In this document: positions 1 through 10,566 of the stretch, one piece after another | How positions within the stretch are numbered: position 1 is the first letter of the stretch | Layout of the letters: each line of letters begins with the position of its first letter | Assembly: GCA_963789395.1 (NCBI GenBank) | Contig: CAWBKP010000015.1 | Location: 73,668 to 137,667, forward strand | Length of the DNA: 64,000 nucleotides | Direction of reading: 5' to 3' | Origin: an uncultured delta proteobacterium | GTDB taxonomy: Bacteria > Desulfobacterota > Desulfobacteria > Desulfobacterales > Desulfatirhabdiaceae | Translations under genes and position numbers: made by a program | The notes under the pieces: generated by a model | The model's database searches: none | The model's input: the letters and a program-made list of their open reading frames with translations, nothing else | Told to the model about the DNA's origin: nothing

Positions 1-640
1 CAGAACACAGGCGGCAAGAAACCTTTACACGCCTGAAGTTGCAGCCCTCACCCTGAACGACGTCCTGAACTCTCCCTTTCTGGCCGACCCCATCCGCCAG
101 CTTCATGCTTACCCGGTTTCAGATGGCGCCATAGGCATGATTCTTGCCGCGGAAGACCGCGCCAGAGAGATTACCGATACCCCGGTATGGATTACCGGCG
201 TCGGCAACTGCATGGACAGTTTCTTTCTGGGAGACAGAGACCTGACCTCAAATTTTGCTCTGAAAACGGCATCCGTTCGCGCTTTTCAAAGAGCAGGCAT
301 AACCGACCCCAAAACCGCCTTTGACGTGATCGAGGTATCCGATCCCTATGCCTATCAGCTTCCGATGTGGATGGAAGGGCTGGGTATCTGCGATGAAGGC
401 ACAGGCGGCAGATGGCTGGAAAGCGGCGGCCCGGATCGGCTTCATGTCAATCTTTCCGGCGGAACCCTGGCAGGCAATCCGCTCATTCTCGGCGGCCTGG
501 TCCGCGCAGCTGAAATCGCGCTTCAATTAAAGGGTCAGGCAGGTGCGCACCAGGTTTCAACCGCCCGAAAAGGACTCGGCCATGGCGTGATGGGACCGGC
601 AGGTCAGTTTCATACCATTGTCATTCTGGAACGGGATTAA
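1..640 (+). CDS. Thiolase-fold (SCP-x/Ltp4-like) protein, 5'-partial
   Basis: Frame is open from position 2 (RTQAARN...PIRQLHAYPVSDGAIGMIL); C-terminal VNLSGG..AGNP...GGLVRAAE..LQLKGQAGAHQV is typical of SCP-x-type thiolases. Confidence 0.85.
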   Translation, partial: RTQAARNLYTPEVAALTLNDVLNSPFLADPIRQLHAYPVSDGAIGMILAAEDRAREITDTPVWITGVGNCMDSFFLGDRDLTSNFALKTASVRAFQRAGITDPKTAFDVIEVSDPYAYQLPMWMEGLGICDEGTGGRWLESGGPDRLHVNLSGGTLAGNPLILGGLVRAAEIALQLKGQAGAHQVSTARKGLGHGVMGPAGQFHTIVILERD

Positions 641-654
641 AGGGAGAAAAAGAC

Positions 655-1836
655 ATGAAAAAAAACCGAAACGTCGGCATCGTCGGTGTGGGACAAACCG
701 CTTACTCCAGCCACAGGGAGGATGTGAACCAGCCGGAAATGATTCATGAGGCGGTTTCGGCAGCGCTCACTCAGACCGGCCTGACCATGAATGACATCGA
801 TTGCGTGGTTCACGGCAACATGGAACTCTTTGAAATGGTTCACCAGCCGGATCTATGGCATGTTCTGGGTACCGGCGCTTATGGGAAGGAAACGCTTCGC
901 GTCACCACCGGCGGGACCACCGGAGCAACCCTGGTCTGCGCCGCCGATCATCTGGTGGCCTCGGGTTTTCATGACGTGGTGCTTGCAGTTGGTTTTGAAA
1001 AGCTTCAGGAAGGACATACCACCGGCGGCATCACGAACATGGCCGATCCCCTCTGGGGCAGACAGCTTCAGACCGGGGCGCTGACCGGCATGACCGCAGC
1101 AAGCCTGATTGCGGAATTCGGGGAAGAGCGGGCAAAAAAAGCAGCCATGACCTACCGGATCCTCATGGACAAACACGCCATGAAAAATGACAAGGCGCAC
1201 CGAAGGCTCGGACTTGAATTTGACCAGGCCGAGGATCTTGCAATAAATTCGCCGGCCCTGGTAGGCGAGCTTCGCATGATTCACATGTGTTCGCAAAGCG
1301 ACGGGGCCTGCGCCATGATTTTCGCCTCCGAGGAAAAAGCCGCAAAGCTCTGCCCCCGGCCAGCCTGGATCAAGGATCATATTACGGTGCACCGGGAAGA
1401 ACTGTTCGGCGTTTTCGGCAATGCGCCGGTTCTGAGCACCCACCGCTACGCCGCCCAAAAACTCTTTGAGCGAAACGCCATCACAGCGCCGCTGAAAGCC
1501 ATCGACGTGTTTGAAATGTATGACCCGTCCAGCTGGTGGGGGGTGGACTGGCTTCGGGAATTTCTACTATTGGAAGGGGATGCCGTCATGCAGATGGTGG
1601 AAAATCGGGACATCGCCATAAACGGCGCTTTTCCGGTCAACCCGTCGGGCGGCGTCATTGCGTCAAACCCGATCGGTGCCACCGCCATGGTGCGCGTGGC
1701 CGAAGCCGCGCTTCAGATCATGGGAAAAGCCGGCGACCATCAGGTCCCGAAAACCGTGAATCAGGCAATGGCTTCGGGTTTTGGCGGCACCATGTGGACC
1801 GTCCTGTTTCTGCTGACCCGAGACATCCCCTGGTAA
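655..1836 (+). CDS. Thiolase-fold protein, Ltp3-like (probable retro-aldolase; no catalytic Cys at the usual N-terminal site)
   Basis: VGIVGVGQT, RVTTGGTTG, SQSDGACA, VNPSGGVIASNPIGATAMVRVAEAALQ; RBS GGGAG upstream. Confidence 0.85.
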   Translation: MKKNRNVGIVGVGQTAYSSHREDVNQPEMIHEAVSAALTQTGLTMNDIDCVVHGNMELFEMVHQPDLWHVLGTGAYGKETLRVTTGGTTGATLVCAADHLVASGFHDVVLAVGFEKLQEGHTTGGITNMADPLWGRQLQTGALTGMTAASLIAEFGEERAKKAAMTYRILMDKHAMKNDKAHRRLGLEFDQAEDLAINSPALVGELRMIHMCSQSDGACAMIFASEEKAAKLCPRPAWIKDHITVHREELFGVFGNAPVLSTHRYAAQKLFERNAITAPLKAIDVFEMYDPSSWWGVDWLREFLLLEGDAVMQMVENRDIAINGAFPVNPSGGVIASNPIGATAMVRVAEAALQIMGKAGDHQVPKTVNQAMASGFGGTMWTVLFLLTRDIPW

Positions 1837-1963
1837 ACAGCAAATGAAAACCGGAAGTCAGGAAAATCGGATACGCTGAAATCAGTATAACTTCTGATCT
1901 GCTGAGCTTTCCAGCTTTTTTTCTAAGCGCACTGACAATTTTCACATTATAAAGGGAGGCCCC

Positions 1964-4303
1964 ATGAACCTGGGAACGTATCTTGACGCTGCTGTCAGCC
2001 GCTACAAAAGCGCGGCCTATCTCCAGTTCTACGATGAGACGATTTCCTACGAAGCCTTTGGAAACCAGGTCAACAAGCTGGCAAACAGCCTGAAGTCTCT
2101 GGGATTTCAAAAAGGAGATTTTATCCATGTCCTGGTTCAGAACAGCCCCGGCACCCTGATCGCCTATTTCGCCATTCAGAAAATCGGGGCCGTTGCCGGC
2201 CCTGTCAACGGCTGGTGGAAAGCCCCTGAAATCGAATACCTGTTGAACGACTCCAGGGGAAAAGGGCTGATCATAGAAGATCAGTTCGTTCCGATACTGA
2301 ATGAAATCCGCGACCGATGCCCGCACCTTGAAACCGTCATTGAAGTCGGCGCCTCTCCGCATCCCGATCACATTTCATTTCAGAAATTACTCCAGACCGG
2401 CGATGCGTCACCGATACGCTGCCCCTGCGGCGATGAGGACATTGCCTATATTTTCTATACTTCCGGAACCACCGGAAACCCCAAAGGCGTGCTGCTGTCC
2501 CACAAAAATGTGCTGGCGGATGTTGACGGCGTCACCCAGGCCCTTGGGCTCGAAGAACGCCAGACTGTTCTTTGTTTTCTTCCCCTGTTTCACGTCAATG
2601 CCATGCTCACCTGCACATTCAGTCTGGGCATCGGCCTGACCCTTGTCCTTCGGAAAACCTTCAGCGCCAGCGAATTCTGGGAAGTGGTGGATCGGTACAA
2701 GGTTAATTTCTGGTCCGCGGTGCCGGCGGTTTATCAGATTCTGCTGACGGATCCCAGCCGTCAGAAATATGATTTAAGCTCACTGAAGTTCGGGATTTGC
2801 GGCGCGGCCCCGCTCACCCCGGAAACATTTAACCGCTTTCAGGAAGTCTTCAATATCCCGATTGTTGAAGGATACGGTCTCACCGAGGCAACCTGCGCTT
2901 CAACCCTGAACCCCAGAGACGGTCTCCGAAAAGTCGGCTCCATCGGGCTGGCCCTTCCGGGTCAGACCGTTAAAATCATTGATGACGCCGGAAGCGAATG
3001 TGCCCCCCGCCAGACCGGCGAGATCGTTATCGGCGGCGATGCGGTCATGAAAGGCTATTACAACCGGCCCCGGGAGACCGAGGAGACAATCGTCAACGGA
3101 TTTCTGCATACCGGAGATGTGGGCTACAAGGACGAAGACGGCTATATTTTTATTGTGGACCGGATCAAGGACATGGTGATCCGCGGCGGTGAAAATATTT
3201 ACCCCAAGGAAATCGACAATCTGCTGGCCACCCATCCCAAGATTCAGGAGGCCGCCGCCATCGGGGTTCCGGATGCAATTCTGGGTGAGGAAATCAAGGT
3301 TTATGTAATACCGCTGGATGAGAGCCTGAACGAAGAGGAAGTCATGGATTTCTGCCGCAAGAATCTGGCCGGTTTTAAGGTTCCCAAATATGTTGAAATC
3401 CTGGACCAGGACCTGCCCCGAAGCCCGATCGGAAAAGTGCTGAAAAAAGATCTTCGCAAATGGGGACTTTTGCCCAGAACCAAGAAAAGTTCCGGTCCGG
3501 AAGTGACCGTTGCCGATATTTTCGGAACCATGGAATCCCGTGTCAATCCTGAGAGCGTCAAGGACATCACTGCCAATTACGGCTATGTCATCACCGGTTC
3601 AGGGGGCGGCAACTGGACTGTTTCCGTCAAGGACGGCATTGTCAAGGTCCTGGAAGGCCTTCATGACCCGCAGGTCACCACCACTATCTCCGCAAGGGAC
3701 TGGATCGATATTACCCTGGGAAAACTGGATGGCATGACAGCCTTTACATCCGGCCGCCTCAAGGTCGAAGGTGACCTGGGCCTTCTCACCAAAGCCACCC
3801 GTTTCTTCAAAAAATACATGCCGGCCGGAAAACTGGAAGAAAAGCCGGAAGAACTGATTGTCCTCAAGCAGGTCCTATCCATTTCTCAGCGGTTTGCTAC
3901 CGGCCCTGTCATGGGGAAATTCCTGAATGCCCTGAAAGAAAAAAAGATTCTGGCCAATAAATGCCCCAAATGCAGCAGGCTTCAGCTCCCCCCCCGGGAA
4001 ATCTGCGCCGAATGCCATGTGCGGGTAACCGATTGGGTCGAAGTTGGGCCTGAAGGCGTCATTGCCACACCGGACATCACTTATTATGCCAGCCCCGACC
4101 CCCTGACCGGCGAAAGCCGGGAAACCCCTTATATTACCGCGCACTTTCTTCTGGACGGCTGCAAGGGCCACGAAACGCTCTGGCACGAGGTAAAAGCCAC
4201 GGACATCGACCGGGCCAAAAGAGGTGCACGGGTACGGCCCGTCTGGAATGACAAACGCACCGGAACCGTGAATGACATTCTTTATTTTGAGATTATCGAT
4301 TAA
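1964..4303 (+). CDS. Long-chain acyl-CoA ligase fused to an SCP2 lipid-binding domain and a DUF35 (Zn-ribbon/OB-fold) domain
   Basis: YTSGTTGNPKG, EGYGLTE, HTGDVG and PRSPIGK adenylation motifs; SCP2-like segment ...GKLDGMTAFTSGRLKVEGDL; CPKC..PPREICAEC plus GARVRPVW of DUF35; RBS GGGAGG. Confidence 0.88.
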   Translation: MNLGTYLDAAVSRYKSAAYLQFYDETISYEAFGNQVNKLANSLKSLGFQKGDFIHVLVQNSPGTLIAYFAIQKIGAVAGPVNGWWKAPEIEYLLNDSRGKGLIIEDQFVPILNEIRDRCPHLETVIEVGASPHPDHISFQKLLQTGDASPIRCPCGDEDIAYIFYTSGTTGNPKGVLLSHKNVLADVDGVTQALGLEERQTVLCFLPLFHVNAMLTCTFSLGIGLTLVLRKTFSASEFWEVVDRYKVNFWSAVPAVYQILLTDPSRQKYDLSSLKFGICGAAPLTPETFNRFQEVFNIPIVEGYGLTEATCASTLNPRDGLRKVGSIGLALPGQTVKIIDDAGSECAPRQTGEIVIGGDAVMKGYYNRPRETEETIVNGFLHTGDVGYKDEDGYIFIVDRIKDMVIRGGENIYPKEIDNLLATHPKIQEAAAIGVPDAILGEEIKVYVIPLDESLNEEEVMDFCRKNLAGFKVPKYVEILDQDLPRSPIGKVLKKDLRKWGLLPRTKKSSGPEVTVADIFGTMESRVNPESVKDITANYGYVITGSGGGNWTVSVKDGIVKVLEGLHDPQVTTTISARDWIDITLGKLDGMTAFTSGRLKVEGDLGLLTKATRFFKKYMPAGKLEEKPEELIVLKQVLSISQRFATGPVMGKFLNALKEKKILANKCPKCSRLQLPPREICAECHVRVTDWVEVGPEGVIATPDITYYASPDPLTGESRETPYITAHFLLDGCKGHETLWHEVKATDIDRAKRGARVRPVWNDKRTGTVNDILYFEIID

Positions 4304-4312
4304 GGAGAGCGC

Positions 4313-5218
4313 ATGCAATCAGACTGCTTTGTCGTAGAAGGCAAACTGGCCCTTCCCTATCAGTATTTTGCCGGAAAAACCGGAAGCCTGTTTCTGATCG
4401 CCCTGCGGGATGAAAAAAAAATCCTGGGCCTCAAATGCCCCACCTGTAATAAAGTGTTCGTTCCGCCCCGCTCGAGCTGTGAAAAATGTTTTTCCGAACT
4501 GGCTGATAACTGGGTGGCGCTTAACCCTACCGGGTCCGTCACCAATTTTACGGTGATCCGCTATGAAGAACCGTATCAGCCCGTAAAACCGCCGTACATT
4601 CTGGCGCAGATCCGGCTTGACGGTGCAGACACCCCCCTGACCCATATCGTTAAGGGCATCCCCATAAGCCAGATGAAAACCGGCCTCAAGGTCAAGGCCG
4701 TGTTCGCAAAAAAAACCACGTCTACCCTCATGGACATCTCCCACTTCCTGCCCGATGAGAAATTCAATATTGAGATCGGCTATACTTATGATGAGCTGGA
4801 AATCGGCATGTCCGCCGCGTTCACCAAGACCATTTCCGAAACCGATGTTTACCTGTTCGCCGGGATATCAGGAGATTTCAATCCCATTCACCTGAACGAG
4901 GAATTTGCAAAAAAAACACCATTCGGCACACGAATCGCCCACGGCGCCCTTCCCCAATGCCTGATTGCACCGGTACTGGGCATGAAACTGCCCGGACTTG
5001 GCACTGTTGCCCTTGAAATCAATACCCGGTTCAGAGCCCCGACGTATTTTGGCGACACCATAACTGCAACCGGGGAAATTATTGAAAAAATCGAAAAAAA
5101 ACGATGGGTGCGCATGGCCCTGACCTGGACCAACCAGAAAGGAGCGCTCGTGGCAGAAGGCACTGCCCTGGTCATTCCGCCTGCCCCTTTTTCCACAGCC
5201 GATCAGGATGCACCATGA
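4313..5218 (+). CDS. DUF35 (Zn-ribbon/OB-fold) fused to a MaoC-like (R)-specific enoyl-CoA hydratase
   Basis: CPTC..PPRSSCEKC at the N-terminus; MaoC motif FAGISGDFNPIHLN..FA..TPFG.RIAHG at the C-terminus. Confidence 0.88.
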   Translation: MQSDCFVVEGKLALPYQYFAGKTGSLFLIALRDEKKILGLKCPTCNKVFVPPRSSCEKCFSELADNWVALNPTGSVTNFTVIRYEEPYQPVKPPYILAQIRLDGADTPLTHIVKGIPISQMKTGLKVKAVFAKKTTSTLMDISHFLPDEKFNIEIGYTYDELEIGMSAAFTKTISETDVYLFAGISGDFNPIHLNEEFAKKTPFGTRIAHGALPQCLIAPVLGMKLPGLGTVALEINTRFRAPTYFGDTITATGEIIEKIEKKRWVRMALTWTNQKGALVAEGTALVIPPAPFSTADQDAP

Positions 5219-5512
5219 CAGATGCATTCAAGAATCAATCCGGATTTCGGGATTAGTGTGGCAAATCGCATCGGATGCGGGATTCCGGAAGCATGGATCA
5301 AGCAGCCTGAAAAAATGCTGTACAGGATACCAAACAAGCTGTATTTTATGAAGGAGAGAGATAATGTGCCGCATACTCCCTGCTTTCGGTCCTTCCTGGA
5401 ACCTTGAGCAGAAATTTTGGTCAGGATGAAGGCGGTTTCAATTTGTGGCAGTGCGGCCATGGGCATGCCGCTGCCCTTGGCCAATTATTGATTGAAAATC
5501 ACGAGACGACTA

Positions 5513-5950
5513 ATGATGAGCGAAGAAACACATGATTTCTGGCAGAGCCATTCCCTGAAATATCTTGAGATGGCTTTTCGAACCGACCGGTGCGAGATCC
5601 TTGCCGCTCCGGACGGGTATGGAAAAAAAACAGGAGACTGCGGGGATACAACCGAAATTTTTCTTAAAACCCGTGGAGATATCATTGAAACCGTATCGTT
5701 TCATACCACGGGTTGTATGAATACGACTGCCTGCGCCAATACGGTTGCCTTTCTTGCGGAGGGAAAAACGATTGGCGATGCCTGGGAAATCGTCCCCGAG
5801 GCTGTCGCCGAATACCTGGAAACGCTTCCTGAAGATCACTTTCATTGTGCGGAACTGGCTGTCGGAGCCCTGTATCTGGCCCTTTCCAATTATAACGAGC
5901 TCAAGCGCTCTCCCTGGAAAAAGTCATACCAAACCCGCTCAAAAAGTTGA
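5513..5950 (+). CDS. IscU/NifU-like Fe-S scaffold family protein
   Basis: GDCGD, GCMNT.AC and HCAELA conserved Cys motifs. Confidence 0.8.
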   Translation: MMSEETHDFWQSHSLKYLEMAFRTDRCEILAAPDGYGKKTGDCGDTTEIFLKTRGDIIETVSFHTTGCMNTTACANTVAFLAEGKTIGDAWEIVPEAVAEYLETLPEDHFHCAELAVGALYLALSNYNELKRSPWKKSYQTRSKS

Positions 5951-6127
5951 CTTATTTTCACATCCATTCATATTAGTCCTTGATTTTAATCACAACAATC
6001 GCTATCAGTCGGTAAGGGGTTTTGCCGCCAGAGGGCGATAAAACAGCCATAACGGCTAAAATCCGATTTTTTTAGATATGCCCCCAACAGGGCAGGATAT
6101 TGTGAAGGATATTATTAGGAGGCTGAC

Positions 6128-7195
6128 ATGCAACTGAGCATCACCAAAGCAGACCGTTTAAAGGCAAAGCCTGAAGTTTCCAATCCACTGGCATTTGGAA
6201 CCATTTTCACGGATCACATGTTCAACATGGATTACAATCCGGACAAGGGATGGCACAATCCCCGGATTGAGCCCTATTCGCCGATTCAAATGGATCCGGC
6301 CACCATGGTGCTCCATTACGGCCAGGCAGTTTTCGAGGGACTCAAGGCTTACCGAACCGGCTCAGGCGCCATTCAGCTTTTCAGGCCCAAAGATAACTAC
6401 AAACGGCTTAACCGCTCATCCCATCTGCTGTGCATTCCGCAAATCGACGAGGCTTTTGGCGTAGACGCATTAAAAGAGTTGATCCGGCTGGAAAAAGACT
6501 GGGTTCCCGGCGCGCCCGGCACGTCTTTGTACATCCGGCCCACGATCGTCGCTACGGACCCGTTTCTGGGCGTAAGGGCATCTTATACCTACCGGTTTTT
6601 TGTCATTCTGTCGCCGGTCGGCGCGTATTATTCCGCAGGATTCAACCCCGTCAAGATATGGGTCACCCGAAATCATGTCCGGGCGGTGCGCGGCGGCGTC
6701 GGGGAAGCCAAAACACCGGGCAATTATGCGGCCAGTCTGTTCGCAGCGGATGTCGCTCACAAAAAAGGCTATACGCAGGTGCTGTGGCTGGATGGGGTGG
6801 AGCAGAAATACATTGAAGAAGTCGGCGCCATGAACATCTTTTTTGTGATAGATGGCGAGATCATCACGCCGGCGCTTAACGGCAGCATCCTGCCGGGCAT
6901 TACCCGGAATTCTGTTCTGGCGCTGTCCAAATCCTGGGGACTCAAAACAACCGAGCGTCAGATCAGCATCGACGAAGTGATGGACGCCCATGCTTCCGGG
7001 AAATTGCAGGAGATTTTCGGTTCCGGAACTGCCGCCGTCATCTCACCCGTAGGCGAACTCAAATACGGCGAGCAGATCATATCCATCGGAGACGGAACGG
7101 TCGGGCAGATCGCAAGCAGGCTGTATACGGCCATGACCGATATCCAGTACGGAAAAGCCCCGGATACCATGGGGTGGATAGAAGGAGTCTGCTGA
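6128..7195 (+). CDS. ilvE: Branched-chain amino acid aminotransferase
   Basis: FGTIFTDHMF, LHYGQAVFEGLKAY, AKTPGNYA, EEVGAMN, ILPGITR, GSGTAAVISPVG. Confidence 0.95.
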   Translation: MQLSITKADRLKAKPEVSNPLAFGTIFTDHMFNMDYNPDKGWHNPRIEPYSPIQMDPATMVLHYGQAVFEGLKAYRTGSGAIQLFRPKDNYKRLNRSSHLLCIPQIDEAFGVDALKELIRLEKDWVPGAPGTSLYIRPTIVATDPFLGVRASYTYRFFVILSPVGAYYSAGFNPVKIWVTRNHVRAVRGGVGEAKTPGNYAASLFAADVAHKKGYTQVLWLDGVEQKYIEEVGAMNIFFVIDGEIITPALNGSILPGITRNSVLALSKSWGLKTTERQISIDEVMDAHASGKLQEIFGSGTAAVISPVGELKYGEQIISIGDGTVGQIASRLYTAMTDIQYGKAPDTMGWIEGVC

Positions 7196-7200
7196 CAGCT

Positions 7201-7244
7201 GACGGACGGCGGAGATAATGAATCGTCTCCGCCGTCCGTCTTTC
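7201..7244 (+). terminator. Strong hairpin after ilvE (intrinsic terminator-like)
   Basis: gacggacggcggaga ... tctccgccgtccgtc, a perfect 15-bp stem followed by tttc. Confidence 0.65.
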
Positions 7245-7276
7245 GTTATTCCTGGATCAGAGGAGCGTTCACTACC

Positions 7277-8662
7277 ATGGCTGTTGATGCCGGACATCTT
7301 CCCGAGTTTATCTTAAAAATGAAATCAGCCGGGCTTCAGCCCGTTGTCATAGACACCTTTGCCTGGTACTACGAAAAAGTATTGACCGGTGACAAGGGCT
7401 TGATATTCAACAAGGATATTCTACCGGTTGAATCCCATGAAATCGCCGATGCCGCGCAGTTTGATTCTTTTGCCAATGCCGGCAAAAAAGCCCTGCCGCA
7501 TGCAGTCATGATTGTTCTGAACGGCGGACTGGGAACCAGCATGGGCCTTACCTGCGCCAAATCCCTGCTGGAAGCCCGAGACGGGAAATCTTTCCTGGAA
7601 ATCATTCTGCATCAGGCTGAAAGCCGTGGCGTCCGTCTGGCGTTCATGAACAGCTTCAATACCCATGAGGATACGCAGGCAACCTTGAAACTGCTCAGCC
7701 CCAGACAGTTTCCGCTGCTATTTGTCCAGAACAAATTTCCCAAGATCCTTCAGAGCGATTTTTCACCCGCCATCTGGCCCCAAAAACCGGAAATGGAATG
7801 GAATCCGCCAGGTCATGGGGATATTTATGCCGCGCTTTACACTTCCGGTGTACTGGGCCAATTGCTGAAAAAAGGGGTTCGATATGCCTTCATCGCCAAT
7901 TCGGACAATCTCGGGGCCACACTGGACGAAACCCTGCTGGGATATTTTTCCGAAAAAGCGCTCCCGTTCATGATGGAAGTGTCGCTGCGGACCCCTGCGG
8001 ATTTTAAAGGCGGACATCTGGCGTTTCACCGGGACGGCAGACTTATCCTGCGGGAAGTCGCCCAGTGCCCGGAGGATGAACTGGATATCTGCCAAGATAT
8101 TTCCCGCTATCGGTATTTTAATACCAACAACATCTGGGTCGACCTGGAATATGTCAAAAAAATGATCGATACCCAGGGTAATGTCCGCCTGCCCATGATC
8201 CTGAATCCAAAGACCCTGAACCCCCGTGATAACGCCAGTCCCGCCGTCTACCAGATCGAAACAGCCATGGGATCGGCCATCTCGCTTTTTGAAGGCGCAG
8301 CCGCGGTCGTTGTCCCCAGATCCCGGTTTTATCCGGTAAAAAAATGCAACGAACTGCTTGCCATCCGGTCGGATTGCTTCACCTATTCCGACGCCTGCGG
8401 TTTAGTAGTGAATCCGGAGCGCCGGCTGAATCAGATACACATTGATCTGGACCCCGAATACTACGGCAAGATCGATGAATTCGGAAAACGGTTTCCTTAT
8501 GGCCCACCGTCTCTGTTGAACTGCGAATCACTGACTGTAAAAGGAAATGTGTTTTTTGGAAATCACATCGCGTTGAAAGGAAATGTCGTCATTCAACACG
8601 CCGGCAGCAAGCCGGTCACAGTTCCCGATGAAAGTGTCATCGAAGGCGCAATATCCCTATAG
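7277..8662 (+). CDS. UTP--glucose-1-phosphate uridylyltransferase, eukaryote-like (UDPGP family)
   Basis: LNGGLGTSMG, AKSL, MNSFNTH, WNPPGHGD, NSDNLGA, FNTNNIW, QIETAMG, RFYPVK. Confidence 0.9.
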   Translation: MAVDAGHLPEFILKMKSAGLQPVVIDTFAWYYEKVLTGDKGLIFNKDILPVESHEIADAAQFDSFANAGKKALPHAVMIVLNGGLGTSMGLTCAKSLLEARDGKSFLEIILHQAESRGVRLAFMNSFNTHEDTQATLKLLSPRQFPLLFVQNKFPKILQSDFSPAIWPQKPEMEWNPPGHGDIYAALYTSGVLGQLLKKGVRYAFIANSDNLGATLDETLLGYFSEKALPFMMEVSLRTPADFKGGHLAFHRDGRLILREVAQCPEDELDICQDISRYRYFNTNNIWVDLEYVKKMIDTQGNVRLPMILNPKTLNPRDNASPAVYQIETAMGSAISLFEGAAAVVVPRSRFYPVKKCNELLAIRSDCFTYSDACGLVVNPERRLNQIHIDLDPEYYGKIDEFGKRFPYGPPSLLNCESLTVKGNVFFGNHIALKGNVVIQHAGSKPVTVPDESVIEGAISL

Positions 8663-8701
8663 TCCAAAATTGTCTGCACTGAAATTCAGAAGGAAATCAT
8701 C

Positions 8702-10566
8702 ATGATCTCTGATATATCCCGAAAACCGGCGTCTGGTTTCAGCAGCGTCATTTTACGTGTCAATTTAACCAGCGCAACCATATCCAGGGAGGACCTGGAT
8801 CCCCGGGTCGCCAGGGACTATATCGGCGGAAGGGGCTTGGGAATATATTTTTTACTTAAGGAAGTCAATCCGCGCTGCGATCCGCTGGGTTCTGACAACA
8901 AAATGATCCTTGCCTGCGGCCCCCTGACCGGTACCCTGGCGCCAACCGGGGCCCGATACATGGTTACTACCAAATCCCCATTGACCGGCGCCATCACCTG
9001 CGCCAATTCCGGTGGAAACTTTCCGGCTGAACTCAGAAAATCAGGCTGCAATGCCATTATTCTTGAGGGGAAATCTTCAAAACCGGTGTATCTCTGGATA
9101 AACGGAGATAAGGCTGAACTGAGGCCCGCAGCGCATATCTGGGGGAAAACCACCCATGAAGCCGATGATATTTTAAAATCGGAAACCGACGAAAAAGCCA
9201 AAACATCGGTGATCGGCCCTGCCGGAGAGAATCTGTCGCTGATCGCATCCATCATGAATGACAGAGACAGAGCTGCCGGGCGCGGGGGCGTCGGTGCGGT
9301 GATGGGCAGCAAAAACCTCAAAGGCATCGTGGTCCGCGGCAAATTCGATGTTCCTCTGGCGGATCCAGTCGCTTTCAAGGCTGTCAGCAATCGATACCGG
9401 GATAAATTCAAAGAGGCCACCCGCGTGACCCCCCGGCATTGAGGGTTCACGGAACCGCCATAACGGTTGTTGGCACTCAGAATTTCGGCGTCTTCCCCAC
9501 GCACAATTTCCAGCAGGGAACCTTTGACGGGTGGGAAGCCATTTACGGGGAAACGCTCACCAAAAAATATCTGATCAAGGCAAGACCCTGTTTCAGCTGT
9601 CCCATTGCCTGCGGGCGGGTCACCCGCATTCCGGACGGCCCCTATCAGGGCGAGGGGGAAGGGCCGGAGTATGAAACGGTTTATGCCCTGGGATCAGACT
9701 GCGGGGTCAGCGACCTGGCGGCACTGACAAAGGCCAATTACCTCTGCAATGAATTGGGGCTGGATACCATCAGCATGGGATCCGCCATAGCCTGCGCCAT
9801 GGAACTGTCTGAAAAAGGATTTCTGCCGGTTGCCGATATCGGGCGCTCTCTGGCTTGGGGAGATGGAGATGCCGTGGTGTCTCTGGTTCGCCAGACCGCA
9901 TATCGGGAAGGTTTTGGTGATGTCCTGGCAGATGGCAGCCTGAGACTGGCCTCCCGATACGGCCATCCGGAACTGGCCATGGTATCCAAGGGCATGGATT
10001 TTGCCGGCTATGATCCCCGGGGCGTGCAAGGATTGGGGCTGAATTATGCCACATCTCCCATCGGCGCCTCCCACATGCGCGGAGATACGGCATACTGCGA
10101 GCTTCTCGGCGTTCCCTACCCCGTGGATCCCCATTCCTGGGAAGATAAATCCGAGATGGTCGCAAGATGGCAGAATATTTTTGCCATCATTGACGCTGCC
10201 GGCCTTTGCGTGTTTTTTACAGTCCGGTATCTGGTGGAACCCACCCTGAACCTTCGTCCCACTGGCATTATGGAACTTTTAAACGCCGCCACCGGCGCCG
10301 ATTATACCCTGGAAGAGCTTGAAATGGCCGGAGAGCGTATTTTTAATGCCGAACGGCTGTTTATCAACCGGGCCGGATTTGACCGAAAGCAGGACACCCT
10401 CCCGCCGCGGATGACCGCCGAGCCCATGCCTGCCGGCCCCTCAAAAGGGAAAGTCTGTCATCTGGAAGAAATGCTGGATCCCTACTACCGGTTCAGGGGC
10501 TGGACACCAGATGGCATCCCCACCGCTGGAAAATTAGCTGAGCTGGGGCTGGCACAGATCGGTTAA
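8702..10566 (+). CDS. aor: Tungsten-type aldehyde:ferredoxin oxidoreductase; one frameshift at about 9430-9440 (probable sequencing error)
   Basis: YIGGRGLG, KSPLTG, AAGRGG.GAVMGSKNLK, CFSCPIACGR, EGPEYET, GLDTIS; the two ORFs join if one C is added to the C-run at 9429-9434. Confidence 0.85.

Noticed and set aside
5219..5490. Short ORFs and a small hairpin between the MaoC fusion and the IscU-like gene
   Set aside because: No motifs or clear RBS; cannot support a gene or structured RNA
9440..9442. TGA in aor as selenocysteine or programmed recoding
   Set aside because: The downstream half is in a different frame; one missing C in a C-run explains it
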